Source: Candidatus Korobacteraceae bacterium (GTDB lineage Bacteria > Acidobacteriota > Terriglobia > Terriglobales > Acidobacteriaceae). Taken from it: 56,606 nt of DNA. Of the stretch, positions 45,371 through 54,211 are shown piece by piece. A program made the translations under genes and the position numbers. The stretch spans positions 1 through 56,606 of the forward strand of contig JBEKQY010000004.1 in NCBI GenBank assembly GCA_049519235.1. The letters run 5' to 3'. The notes beneath the pieces were generated by a model, which had not been told where the DNA came from, did not search any database, and saw nothing but the letters and a program-made list of their open reading frames with translations. Each line of letters starts with the position of its first letter. The stretch's first letter is position 1.

Positions 45371-47365
45371 ATGGTCATGAAAGGAATGAAAGTTATTGCA
45401 AACCTGGCCGGCATCGCTCTCCTGGCACTTGTGCTTGGTGTGCCCATGCTGGCCCAGCAGGCGCCGGACAACATTCAGGGCGACTGGACGATTTACTCCA
45501 CCAGCATCCAGACCGGCGAAACGGTCGTGAAGCACGTACAGATTGCGCAGTACGGAAACCAGCTCTCGGGATATTTCGAAGGTCCCGACCAGTCGGGCCC
45601 GATTGAAGGCGAAGTGAACGGACATCACGTCCGCTTCAGCACCGTTACCAGGAACGTTCTTAACTTCCACGGCCAGATCTTTGGCGACAACATGACGGGT
45701 GAGTATGGCATCCACGGCAAACATGCCGCGTGGCAAGCGGTGCGTCCCGCGACGGCCGCGGCGCCCGTCGCGCCCGTCGCACCGGCAACTGGAGTCGTCT
45801 ATGCTTCGCAGCCCGAACTGACTCCCCCTACGCCCCCGACGCCCGCGCTGGCCCCCGTAGCTCAACCTGCCTCGTATTCCACGACGCAGGTCAGCTCAGG
45901 CCCGGCGCCCGCGACGCTCTCGGCTAGTCAGCTCGACTCGCTGGTTGCGCCCATCGCGCTGTATCCCGATGCGCTCGTAGCGCAGGTGCTGGCAGCGGCG
46001 ACGAATCCGCAGCAGATCACGTACGCGGACGACTGGCTCGCGCAGAACGAGAGCCTGACGGGCACAGCGCTCACGCAGGCGGTCGACCAGCAGACCTGGG
46101 ACCCGAGCGTGAAGGCCCTGACCCAGTTCCCTTCGGTGCTGGACAACCTGGCGCATAACCTCTCGTGGACCTCGAGTCTCGGCCAGGCATTCGCGAATCA
46201 GCAGGCCGATGTGATGGCCGCGGTGCAGACGATGCGCGCTCGCGCGCAAGCAGCCGGGACGCTCCAGTCCAGCGCCCAGATCACGGTCGCGCAACCGGCG
46301 CCGAACACGATCGTGATTCAACCGGCGAATCCACAAGTCGTCTACCTTCCGCAGTACAACCCCGCGATCGTTTACGGCGCGCCCGTAGTGGTGCCGTGGT
46401 ATGTCGCTCCACCAGTGCCTGTCGCTTCGGTTGGTCTCTTTTTCGGAAACGGCATCACGGTGGGCGCGGTGTTCGCCGGCGGCGGATGGGGCGGCGGCTT
46501 CGGCTGGAGCTGGCACGCCTGGAACGTGAACTGGGGCGGCGGCGGCGGCTCGACCATCATTTACAACAACAACACCTATATTAATAACCACGTCTGGAAT
46601 ACAAACAACTACAACGGCTATCGCCCGTGGGCCAACGGAGCGGCCGGTTCGCAGAACCATGCGTACTACGCCAACAACGGCACGTTTCATCCTGACGCGA
46701 ACTACCGTCCGGGTACCGACACGCACTACGGCCCGAACGGCGCCTACCATCCCAATGGCTACTACGGCCCCGACGGCGGCTGGCACCCTGGCTCCGTCAA
46801 CCATGCGGGCGGTGCGACCGGATCGGAAAACACTGGGTACTACGGCGCCAACGGCACGTATCATCCCGACGCTGGCTATAAGCCGGGCGAAGACACCCAC
46901 GATGGACCGAACGGCGCCTATCACCCGAACGGCTACTACGGCCCTGACGGCGGTTGGCACCAGGACAAACCCGGCACTAATCCCGCGGACCAGCCAAACG
47001 GCGGAAACAACGGCAACCACGGGCTGATTGGCGGCAACGGCGGCGTGCAGAACCCGAATGCGGGACAGAACGTCGCCGAAGCAAGACCGGCCGGCACGAA
47101 CAGCGGAATGTTGGGCGCTTCCCGCGCCGCTGCTCCCCAGACGACCCGAACCAGCAGCGGCGAGCTCGGTCCGCAGCGCAGCAATGGCAATCACTACGCC
47201 AGCACCGACCAGAATCGTTCTCGCTGGAGCGGAGACGGCGCCGCCAATCGCGCCGAGAGCAATCGTGGCCGCAACAGCATGGCTGGGCGCCGTCCGCAGC
47301 AGCACATGTCCCGCGAGCACGCGCCCGCTGAGCACCATGGCGGTGGTGGCGGACACCGCCGCTAA
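45371..47365 (+). CDS. DUF3300-family secreted protein with long Gly/Asn/Tyr/His-rich C-terminal region
   Basis: Signal peptide 'VIANLAGIALLALVLGVPMLAQQ'. 'LDSLVAPIALYPDALVAQVLAAATNPQQI' and 'WDPSVKALTQFPSVL' are DUF3300 hallmarks. The antisense ORF 45896..47356 is rejected. Confidence 0.8.
   Translation: MVMKGMKVIANLAGIALLALVLGVPMLAQQAPDNIQGDWTIYSTSIQTGETVVKHVQIAQYGNQLSGYFEGPDQSGPIEGEVNGHHVRFSTVTRNVLNFHGQIFGDNMTGEYGIHGKHAAWQAVRPATAAAPVAPVAPATGVVYASQPELTPPTPPTPALAPVAQPASYSTTQVSSGPAPATLSASQLDSLVAPIALYPDALVAQVLAAATNPQQITYADDWLAQNESLTGTALTQAVDQQTWDPSVKALTQFPSVLDNLAHNLSWTSSLGQAFANQQADVMAAVQTMRARAQAAGTLQSSAQITVAQPAPNTIVIQPANPQVVYLPQYNPAIVYGAPVVVPWYVAPPVPVASVGLFFGNGITVGAVFAGGGWGGGFGWSWHAWNVNWGGGGGSTIIYNNNTYINNHVWNTNNYNGYRPWANGAAGSQNHAYYANNGTFHPDANYRPGTDTHYGPNGAYHPNGYYGPDGGWHPGSVNHAGGATGSENTGYYGANGTYHPDAGYKPGEDTHDGPNGAYHPNGYYGPDGGWHQDKPGTNPADQPNGGNNGNHGLIGGNGGVQNPNAGQNVAEARPAGTNSGMLGASRAAAPQTTRTSSGELGPQRSNGNHYASTDQNRSRWSGDGAANRAESNRGRNSMAGRRPQQHMSREHAPAEHHGGGGGHRR
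46664..46966 (+). repeat. intragenic tandem repeat, period 174 nt (58 aa), ~1.7 copies
   Basis: 'YYANNGTFHPDANYRPGTDTHYGPNGAYHPNGYYGPDGGWHPG' (from 46664) versus 'YYGANGTYHPDAGYKPGEDTHDGPNGAYHPNGYYGPDGGWHQD' (from 46838). Confidence 0.75.
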
Positions 47366-47417
47366 CGCCTAAGCAAATGCATTCATCCAGGATCACAACA
47401 TCGAAAGGAGATTAAAG

Positions 47418-48377
47418 ATGCAAGCTCGTATGAACAGGACTCATGTATGGAAGCGCTTCGCCGCAATCGCTCTACTGGTTGTGCTCGGCTTCGGAATGGC
47501 AGTGATGGAGGCAGCGACCGAGGCCCTCGCAGCCGAAAAGACAACCCAGATTACGTTTGACACCCCGGCCGCGGGAGGCGCTGCGCTGGTTCAGGCAGCA
47601 AAGGATGACGACGAACTGGCCCTCTCAGGAATCTTGGGCGTCGATACCAGGACGCTGCTCTCCAGTGGAGACAAGAAACAGGACAAGGCTGACCTTCAGG
47701 CGTTCGCCGCCAAGTACGAAAAGATGAACCGGTGGGTCGAGATGAGCGACGGCACGCGCCTGCTCTACATCGGGGCCGACAATTTCGCCTTCCCGGTTCC
47801 CCTCGCGCAGGACTCCTCGGGCCGGTGGTACTTCGACAGTATCGCCGGCGCGCAGGAGATTCGGGCGCGGGACATCGGGCGCAACGAGCTGCTGGCCATC
47901 GATGCCTGCGAGGCGCTCGCCAATGCGGAACAGGTGTACTTCGCGATGAACAGCAACGCGCCGGCATACGCGCAGCGCATCATCAGCACGAAGGGCAAGC
48001 GCGATGGGCTGTACTGGCCGGCGTGGGCATCGCAGTCGCCCAGTCCGCTGGCGGCGCTGGACGATTTCGCCCAATCGTTCCGGGCTTCCGCCTCTCCTGA
48101 TCCGCCGTTCGTGATTGACGGCTACCGCTTCCGCGTCCTGACGTCGCAGGGTGACAACGCTCCTGGCGGAGCACGGAACTACGTGACTAACGGCAAGCTG
48201 ACCGAAGGCTTCGCCGTGCTGGCCACGCCGGTGAAGTACGCGGAGACGGGAATCATGACCTTCATGGTTGGACCGGATGGGACTATCTACCAGCAGGACT
48301 TCGGGCCGGATACGGCAAAGATCGCCGGCTCCATCCGGGCATACGATCCCAACGACGACTGGTCGCCGGTTGAGTAG
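47418..48377 (+). CDS. DUF2950-family secreted protein
   Basis: Signal peptide. 'DSSGRWYFD' and 'GYRFRVLTSQGDNAPGGARNYVTNGKLTEGFAVLATPVKYAETGIMTFMVGPDGTIYQQDFG' match my memory of the DUF2950 core. This family is the usual partner of DUF3300 genes. Confidence 0.7.
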   Translation: MQARMNRTHVWKRFAAIALLVVLGFGMAVMEAATEALAAEKTTQITFDTPAAGGAALVQAAKDDDELALSGILGVDTRTLLSSGDKKQDKADLQAFAAKYEKMNRWVEMSDGTRLLYIGADNFAFPVPLAQDSSGRWYFDSIAGAQEIRARDIGRNELLAIDACEALANAEQVYFAMNSNAPAYAQRIISTKGKRDGLYWPAWASQSPSPLAALDDFAQSFRASASPDPPFVIDGYRFRVLTSQGDNAPGGARNYVTNGKLTEGFAVLATPVKYAETGIMTFMVGPDGTIYQQDFGPDTAKIAGSIRAYDPNDDWSPVE

Positions 48378-48407
48378 CCCGGAACCGATGGGAACCGTCG
48401 TCATGCT

Positions 48408-48445
48408 CTGGCAACTGCTCACCGGACGGTGATAGCAGTTGCCAG
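48408..48445. terminator. 12-bp perfect inverted repeat between convergent genes (possible bidirectional terminator)
   Basis: CTGGCAACTGCT (48408-48419) / AGCAGTTGCCAG (48434-48445) with a 14-nt loop, followed by ACTTTACAAT. The T-tract is weak. Confidence 0.45.
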
Positions 48446-48574
48446 ACTTTACAATGCAGCAACTCCTGACCCGCCAACTGGCACCTCAGCTCCCGCCGCA
48501 CCCACTGCGGCGAACGCGCCTCGGAGAGGAGAGCGTTTTCCGCTCCGGCCTAAACGCGCCGTAGCCGTGGCTCT

Positions 48575-50236
48575 TTATCGAACGCAGCTTGTTGCGAGGC
48601 GCTTCGGCCCGGCCTCGCGGATGTGCTCGGGGCACTCGGCAACCATCAGCTTGAAGTTCTCGATGAAGCGGGCGGCGAGAGCGTCGTACTTGCTGAAGTA
48701 CTCCTCCCGGCTTGGCCAGGTATTGGCCGGATCGAGAATCTGCGACGGCACGCCTTCGCATTCGATAGGCACTTCGAAGCCGAACACCGGGTCTTGCCTG
48801 TACTCGACGTCGAGCAGAGATCCGCTCAGTGCGGCGTTCAATAAAGCGCGCGTGTGATGAATGCTGATGCGCTTGCCTATTCCAAATGGCCCGCCAGTCC
48901 AGCCGGTGTTTACCAGCCACACGTTTGCTCCATGCTTCTTGATCTTGTCCTTCAACAACTCCGCATAAGCAACCGGATGATGCACCATGAAGGGCCCACC
49001 AAAACAAGTGCTGAAAGTAATCTCCGGCTCCGTGCCCAAGCCGATTTCTGTTCCTGCGATCTTGCTGGTGTAGCCAGAAATGAAGTGATAGATGGCCTGA
49101 TCGGGACTCAGCTTCGAAATCGGAGGCATCACCCCCGAGGCGTCACAGGTAAGGAATATGACGTTCTTGGGATGTCCCGCCCGTTTTTCAGGCAGGCAGT
49201 TTGCGATATAAGAAAGCGGATAAGCGGCCCGCGTGTTCTCCGTTACGCTGTAGTCGTTCAAGTCCAGATGACGCGACAGTAGGTCGAAGGTAACGTTTTC
49301 CAGCACTGTACCGAACATCCGCGTGCACGCATAGATTTGGGGCTCGGCCTCCGGAGAAAGGCGAATGACCTTCGCGTAACAACCGTCTTCGAAGTTGAAT
49401 ACTCCGTTATCGCTCCAGCCGTGTTCGTCATCCCCTATCAGCCGACGCTTGGGATCGGCGGAAAGGGTGGTCTTGCCCGTCCCCGAGAGCCCGAAGAAGA
49501 TCGCAACGTCACCGTCATCGCCCACATTGGCCGAGCAGTGCATGGAGAGCACACCCTGCAGCGGCAAGAGGAAGTTCAGCACCGTGAAAATGGTTTTCTT
49601 GATCTCGCCGGCGTAGCTGGTGCCCCCGATGATAGCCAGTCGCTCGCGGAAATTGATGATGATGAACGTCTCGCTCCGCGTGCTATCCACCATCGGTGAC
49701 GCCTGGAACGACGGAACTGCGATCACCGTGAACTCCGGCACGTGCCGTTGCAATGCGTCGTGGCTACGGACCTTGGAAAACATCGTCCGCGCAAACAGGC
49801 TGTGCCATGCCTTTTGCGTAATGATGCGGATCGGGAGCCTGTACTCCTCGTCTGCACCGGCGTAGCAGTCCTGAACAAATACATCGCGACCCTGGAGGTA
49901 ACCTTGCAGGCGTGCCAGCAGCGAACTGAAGCTCTCGCTGGTGAACGGCCGGTTGTAGGTGCCCCACCAGATTTTGTCTTCGGTGAATTGCTCGCGCACG
50001 ACGAATTTGTCCGCTGCCGCTCGTGCAGTGTGCTTGCCGGTGTCGACCACCAGAGGCCCAAGGTGCGACAGGCTTCCTTCGGAGCGGAAAATGCTTTCCT
50101 CATACAGCGCCGGAGTTGGCAGATTCCAGTAGACACGCCGGAGGTTCAACAGCCCATGGTTCTGCAAGCCGTAGCTGCTGGCCAGCTTTCCGGCCTGATT
50201 GACTGCGGGAGATTGGACATCGAGATAGATGTTCAT
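48575..50236 (-). CDS. pckA: phosphoenolpyruvate carboxykinase (ATP)
   Basis: 'FFGLSGTGKTTLSADPKRRLIGDDEHGW' (kinase-1a / PEPCK-ATP signature) and 'GGTSYAGEIKK'. ATG 50236 forms an ATGA overlap with the upstream stop; the ORF track starts at GTG 50242. Confidence 0.9.
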   Translation of the reverse strand: MNIYLDVQSPAVNQAGKLASSYGLQNHGLLNLRRVYWNLPTPALYEESIFRSEGSLSHLGPLVVDTGKHTARAAADKFVVREQFTEDKIWWGTYNRPFTSESFSSLLARLQGYLQGRDVFVQDCYAGADEEYRLPIRIITQKAWHSLFARTMFSKVRSHDALQRHVPEFTVIAVPSFQASPMVDSTRSETFIIINFRERLAIIGGTSYAGEIKKTIFTVLNFLLPLQGVLSMHCSANVGDDGDVAIFFGLSGTGKTTLSADPKRRLIGDDEHGWSDNGVFNFEDGCYAKVIRLSPEAEPQIYACTRMFGTVLENVTFDLLSRHLDLNDYSVTENTRAAYPLSYIANCLPEKRAGHPKNVIFLTCDASGVMPPISKLSPDQAIYHFISGYTSKIAGTEIGLGTEPEITFSTCFGGPFMVHHPVAYAELLKDKIKKHGANVWLVNTGWTGGPFGIGKRISIHHTRALLNAALSGSLLDVEYRQDPVFGFEVPIECEGVPSQILDPANTWPSREEYFSKYDALAARFIENFKLMVAECPEHIREAGPKRLATSCVR

Positions 50237-51450
50237 ACCCACTCCCTCACGAGCTTGTGGTCGCCTAAATAGAGTTCATTCGGCGAGTTCGGATCAAGTG
50301 CCCACTTGATGCGGTCCAGGCCCTCGGTAATGTCCTTCATAGTTCCACAGTAGCTAAGGCGCAGATGCCCGTCGAAGCCGAATTCCTTGCCGGGCACGGT
50401 GACCACCCGTACCTGATCCAGCAGGAAATTGCTCAGCTTCTGGGAGTCTTTCATATACGCGCTGAAGTCGGGGAAGCAGTAGAACGTTCCGTCAGGCACG
50501 TGCAGGTTCACGCCCTCGAAAGCGCGCAGGCGATCAACCATCACGTTGCGATTGTTCTGCAGCGTCACCCGCAGGCTCTCAATGGACGACTGCACGCCGT
50601 TGAGCGCGCCCACTGCCGCCCACTGTCCGGGCGAAGACGGCCCCGAAGTCTGTTGCGACTGAATGGTTGCCATGGCCTCGATCAACCGCTTGTTGGCGAT
50701 TGCCCAGCCGATGCGGAAACCCGTCATGGCATACATCTTCGAAACGCCATTGATCACCACCAGCTTCGATTCCTCGATCGGCTCGTGCATGAAGTCATAA
50801 CCAATGGGCGCGCTTTTGCCGTCGAACACCAGCCGGTTGTAGATATCGTCCATGATGAGATAGAGACCTTTGCTCTCGCAAAACTCGACCATCTCCTGGA
50901 CGAAATCCTTGGAATACATCACGCCGCAAGGATTATTGGGACTATTCAGAATGATTGCCTTGGTGTATGAGCTAACCACGCTGATGATCTCATCTACGGT
51001 TGGCGTGAAGCTTCCATCCTCAGCGGTGACGGGAACAGGAACACCACCGGCGAGCTTCACCATTTCCGGATAACTCACCCAGTACGGCGCCGGAAAGATC
51101 ACTTCTTCCTTGGGATCGAGGATGGCGTGAAGCAGTACCATGAGCGCTTGCTTGGCGCCTCCGGAAGCGATTACATTGGCCGCCGACACAAACTTGCGGT
51201 AATGCTCTTCCGTGTAGCGAATGATGGCTTTCTTCAGCGCGGGGATCCCGTCGGGCGGGGTGTACCGGATTTCTCCCGTGTTCAGCAATGACGCACAGTT
51301 AATCACCGCATCAAGGGGGGCTTTGCTTTTGGGTTCACCACCTCCCAAATGAATGACCGGCTCCCCCTTTTCGCGGAGCAGAGCGGCTGTTTCGTTCAGT
51401 TTGAGAGTCGCCGACTCACGGATATCACGAGCGAGCTGACTAAGACTCAT
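50233..51450 (-). CDS. pyridoxal-phosphate-dependent aminotransferase, class I/II (aspartate aminotransferase-like)
   Basis: 'ILNSPNNPCGVMY' and 'NGVSKMYAMTGFRIGWA' (PLP-Lys in SK). ~400 aa. Confidence 0.85.
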   Translation of the reverse strand: MSLSQLARDIRESATLKLNETAALLREKGEPVIHLGGGEPKSKAPLDAVINCASLLNTGEIRYTPPDGIPALKKAIIRYTEEHYRKFVSAANVIASGGAKQALMVLLHAILDPKEEVIFPAPYWVSYPEMVKLAGGVPVPVTAEDGSFTPTVDEIISVVSSYTKAIILNSPNNPCGVMYSKDFVQEMVEFCESKGLYLIMDDIYNRLVFDGKSAPIGYDFMHEPIEESKLVVINGVSKMYAMTGFRIGWAIANKRLIEAMATIQSQQTSGPSSPGQWAAVGALNGVQSSIESLRVTLQNNRNVMVDRLRAFEGVNLHVPDGTFYCFPDFSAYMKDSQKLSNFLLDQVRVVTVPGKEFGFDGHLRLSYCGTMKDITEGLDRIKWALDPNSPNELYLGDHKLVREWV

Positions 51451-51531
51451 GACGCTTACCTACCCTCCTTATGCAGATTGCAATCCTGACAGCTACACGG
51501 TGGTCAGGGGCACGCTTGATGCTGGGGCGCC

Positions 51532-51918
51532 TCAGCAGCGACAGGAAACCTCAAAGCATTCAGCATCGGCTCTCTCCAGTTCCTCTTCCTTCACCATTGC
51601 CTGTTTGAACATCTCATCCGATGGCACAGGATGGTTGAGCCAGTCATAGAGGAAGACGCGTGACTGTTGCGCCGACAAATCGCGGACTTCGCGGAGACAC
51701 TCATTGCCGGGCCGGCCGGTAACTGGGTCAATCACGATCGCGTTCAGGGGCGGTAGATGGTGTTGCTTGCAGTAACAGTAGATGTAGTGCAAGACGCTGC
51801 CGGTCGTTTCAGGAAATTCCGTTATCTCCGACAAAAGTGAATAGCTGACAACTTTCTGTTCTCTGGCTGCAAATGCCAGTACTGGCCAAAACTGCTGCGC
51901 TCGCTGCTCCAGTGTCAT
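51532..51918 (-). CDS. hypothetical protein, 128 aa, Cys-rich C-terminus
   Basis: ATG 51918 (MTLEQRAQQFWPVLAF..) is preferred over the ORF-track start at 52023. Ends '..ADAECFEVSCRC'. No family recognised. Confidence 0.4.
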   Translation of the reverse strand: MTLEQRAQQFWPVLAFAAREQKVVSYSLLSEITEFPETTGSVLHYIYCYCKQHHLPPLNAIVIDPVTGRPGNECLREVRDLSAQQSRVFLYDWLNHPVPSDEMFKQAMVKEEELERADAECFEVSCRC

Positions 51919-52273
51919 GAGGAGACCTCGTCGTGCATCGGGAAATCGAGTGTGAGTTGTCGGAAGCCACCTCGCCGAGCTCGAGGGCTCCAACCAGAAG
52001 TTACAGGCTATGTCCGGCCACACCGCCTGTCAGTGAGCGTTATCACCGAGGGGCGTGTCGCGAGCAGACGGCGCAGGGTTCGTGGGCGCATAAATGGTCC
52101 TTGAAATGTCATCATGATGTCATCATGGTGTTGACATCGCGCGCGGTGTCGTCGACTCCATTAACTCTTCTGAAATGAACTGCTTAAGATTTTCTGCCAA
52201 CCGAAATGGCGGCATAAATTGTGGTCGTCGGAAGAGAAGCGGTAAGCAATTGATTGCAGAGGCATTAAGGTTC

Positions 52274-52326
52274 GGTAGCGCTATCGGGAATCGAACCCGA
52301 GTTTGAAGATTGAGAATCTTATTACC
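52274..52326 (-). repeat. tRNA 3'-half-like sequence, copy 2 of the 53-nt direct repeat; candidate att core next to the integrase
   Basis: The reverse complement reads AAGA-TTCTCAA-TCTT (anticodon-arm-like, CTC), AAAC, TCGGG-TTCGATT-CCCGA (perfect T-arm), TAGCGCT-A-CC. No matching 5' acceptor strand or D-arm lies upstream, so this is not a complete tRNA. Confidence 0.55.
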
Positions 52327-52357
52327 TAGCTAGTGCCATCAATGACTTACGGGTGAT

Positions 52358-52388
52358 TGTGACCACTCTGTGTACCGCCTTGTGTACC
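52358..52388. promoter_or_regulatory. three direct TGTG(T)ACC repeats at ~11-12-bp spacing (candidate integrase arm-type binding sites)
   Basis: TGTGACC at 52358-64, TGTGTACC at 52369-76 and TGTGTACC at 52381-88. They lie between the integrase stop (52407) and the tRNA-like core. Confidence 0.4.
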
Positions 52389-52406
52389 ACAAATTCAAAA
52401 ACTGCC

Positions 52407-53558
52407 CTATTGAACGGCATCGCTTGCCTCGGGGAAGGCGGCTGCAATTCCTTCCGCCACGTTGCGGGTCTGATACTCGACAAACTTCCCGAACCCGGCA
52501 GCAACATGCGTCTCTGTAACGTGGACGTAGTAGCGAGCAGCAACGGCGGGTGAGCTATGGCCCATTAAGCGGGCGAGCGAGAATCTGTCCATCCCCGACT
52601 GTGCGGCCCGCGTGCCGAACGTGTGACGCCAGCAGTAGAACTCAAACGGCTCCAGCTTGGCATCCTTCACGGCCTTTTCGTGCGGATGCTGAAACGAGAT
52701 AACGTGTCCCGCATTGCTAGTGCCGGGAAACACGAACTCGGGTTGGTTCGACTTCGATTCCGCCACTCTCTTGCGCCGCTGTAGCACCTCAGCAGCACGC
52801 GGAGTCAGCGGAAGGCTTCGCTGTGCGCTCACCGTCTTGCCCTGGCGAACGTGAATGACGCCATGCGGACACTCGGGGCGTGCGATCAAGTCCACATCGG
52901 CCCACAGCAGCGGGAACAATTCGCTGTTGGGCCGCATCCCGGTATCTACCGCGAGGATGGTTGCGTCCCGCAGATTCTCGGAAGCCTTCGCCAAGTACAG
53001 CGCCTCTTCCTTGAAACTGAGCACGCGGTCACGGCCCTTCGGCTGTGGCAGTTCATGGACGGCGGGCGCGAGAGTAAGTTTGCCCCATTCAGCCGCGACT
53101 TTCAGAATGCGCCGCAACGTGCGCAGATCGCCGTTGACAGTCACAACGGAATTTTCCGCTACCTCTTGCCTATGGCGGGCGTATTTGCTCGCCAGATCGC
53201 CTGTAATGACGTTTAGCGGGGCATCTGCGATAGCAGCGAATGCCAGAAGCCTCTCCAGGCAGCCATCGTAAAACGTGTGCGTTCCCGGCTTCGTGTGCGT
53301 CTTGGCGTACTGCAAGAATTCTCTTGCGAACGCGCGGAAGATCGGCGGGGAAACGGCACTAAGTTTCGGCCACGGATCGCGCGGGTGAATCTCCCCGAGT
53401 CGCAACGCCCGCCGGTGTTCGTCCTCAGCGTCCTTCGCGTCTTGCTTGTTTTGTGTCCGGGCAGACTTCACGATGCGGAAGTTCTCCGCTGTGCCATCGG
53501 TGTTCCTGACACTCCAGCGGAAGTTGTACCAGTAGGTTTTTCCTCGTTTGTACAGCAT
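52407..53558 (-). CDS. tyrosine-type site-specific recombinase / phage integrase
   Basis: N-terminal SAM-like core-binding domain. 'CWRHTFGTRAAQSG' (H-x-x-R) and 'LARLMGHSSPAVAARYYVH' (His plus catalytic Tyr region). Confidence 0.9.
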   Translation of the reverse strand: MLYKRGKTYWYNFRWSVRNTDGTAENFRIVKSARTQNKQDAKDAEDEHRRALRLGEIHPRDPWPKLSAVSPPIFRAFAREFLQYAKTHTKPGTHTFYDGCLERLLAFAAIADAPLNVITGDLASKYARHRQEVAENSVVTVNGDLRTLRRILKVAAEWGKLTLAPAVHELPQPKGRDRVLSFKEEALYLAKASENLRDATILAVDTGMRPNSELFPLLWADVDLIARPECPHGVIHVRQGKTVSAQRSLPLTPRAAEVLQRRKRVAESKSNQPEFVFPGTSNAGHVISFQHPHEKAVKDAKLEPFEFYCWRHTFGTRAAQSGMDRFSLARLMGHSSPAVAARYYVHVTETHVAAGFGKFVEYQTRNVAEGIAAAFPEASDAVQ

Positions 53559-53567
53559 AAGCGCGCC

Positions 53568-53801
53568 TCACTTTGCAGCGGTCTTGCGTTTCGATTTTTT
53601 CTTGCGGCCCTTCGGCCTTCCGCCCAACTTGCCGTTAGCTCGTGATGCTGTGGCTTTCGCTTTCGATGTGACGGAGCCACGGCACGCGGGGCAGTAGCAG
53701 ATTAGCTCGATGTGGTGGATTGGAACAGCTATACTCCATGCAGCGAACACCGCGCGGTAGCCGCTGAGGAATAGCCGATGCCTAAGAAGCCCGACATGCA
53801 C
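53568..53801 (-). CDS. possible small basic protein upstream of the integrase; start unresolved
   Basis: C-terminal 'CYCPACRGSVTSKAKATASRANGKLGGRPKGRKKKSKRK', a CxxC followed by a Lys/Arg tail. The full ORF would overlap the divergent 53778 gene, so the true start is probably internal (e.g. a GTG). Confidence 0.25.
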   Translation of the reverse strand: MHVGLLRHRLFLSGYRAVFAAWSIAVPIHHIELICYCPACRGSVTSKAKATASRANGKLGGRPKGRKKKSKRKTAAK

Positions 53802-54176
53802 GCAGCCGCGCTGAAATCATGGCGCACCCGGCGCAGAATGAGCGCCTTCGCCAAGGCCCGCGCTGCGGAAGCGGCCAGCAAAGAAGCGCTCCGCGTCTAC
53901 TGCCAAGAGCATGGTTGGAAGCTGGCGTTCTTCGAGGGCGCTACAGGTTCACCGCGCACGGGCATCATCGATGCGATTGCGTTCCGCCTTGGCCGCGAGA
54001 ATGCCGATCTGCTGGACGTGCGCCTGATTCAGTTAAAGGGCGGGAAAGCGGGCGTGAGCGGAGCCGAGATTGCACGGCTCAAGAAAGCCTCTGCCGGGGC
54101 AACGGTAAGCTGGCAAATCGCTGCCTTCGATGGCGAATCTCTTCATCTACTGCCCGACCATTTGCCCGTCAAGTAA
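53778..54176 (+). CDS. small PD-(D/E)xK (VRR-NUC-like) nuclease-fold protein, putative
   Basis: 'GIIDAIAF...DVRLIQLKGGKAGVSGAEI' fits a D...(Q/E)xK nuclease-core spacing, followed by the K-G-x-x-S segment seen in VRR-NUC proteins. By eye only. Lies 35 nt upstream of the methyltransferase on the same strand. Confidence 0.35.
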   Translation: MPKKPDMHAAALKSWRTRRRMSAFAKARAAEAASKEALRVYCQEHGWKLAFFEGATGSPRTGIIDAIAFRLGRENADLLDVRLIQLKGGKAGVSGAEIARLKKASAGATVSWQIAAFDGESLHLLPDHLPVK

Positions 54177-54211
54177 GATACTCCCGAAAACGAAAAACCC
54201 GGTGCTAACGA

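Noticed and set aside
45896-47356. 486-aa minus-strand ORF antisense to the DUF3300 gene
   Set aside because: Arg/Ala/Val-rich, low-complexity mirror image of the Gly/Asn/Tyr-rich coding strand. The plus strand carries recognisable DUF3300 motifs and a signal peptide.
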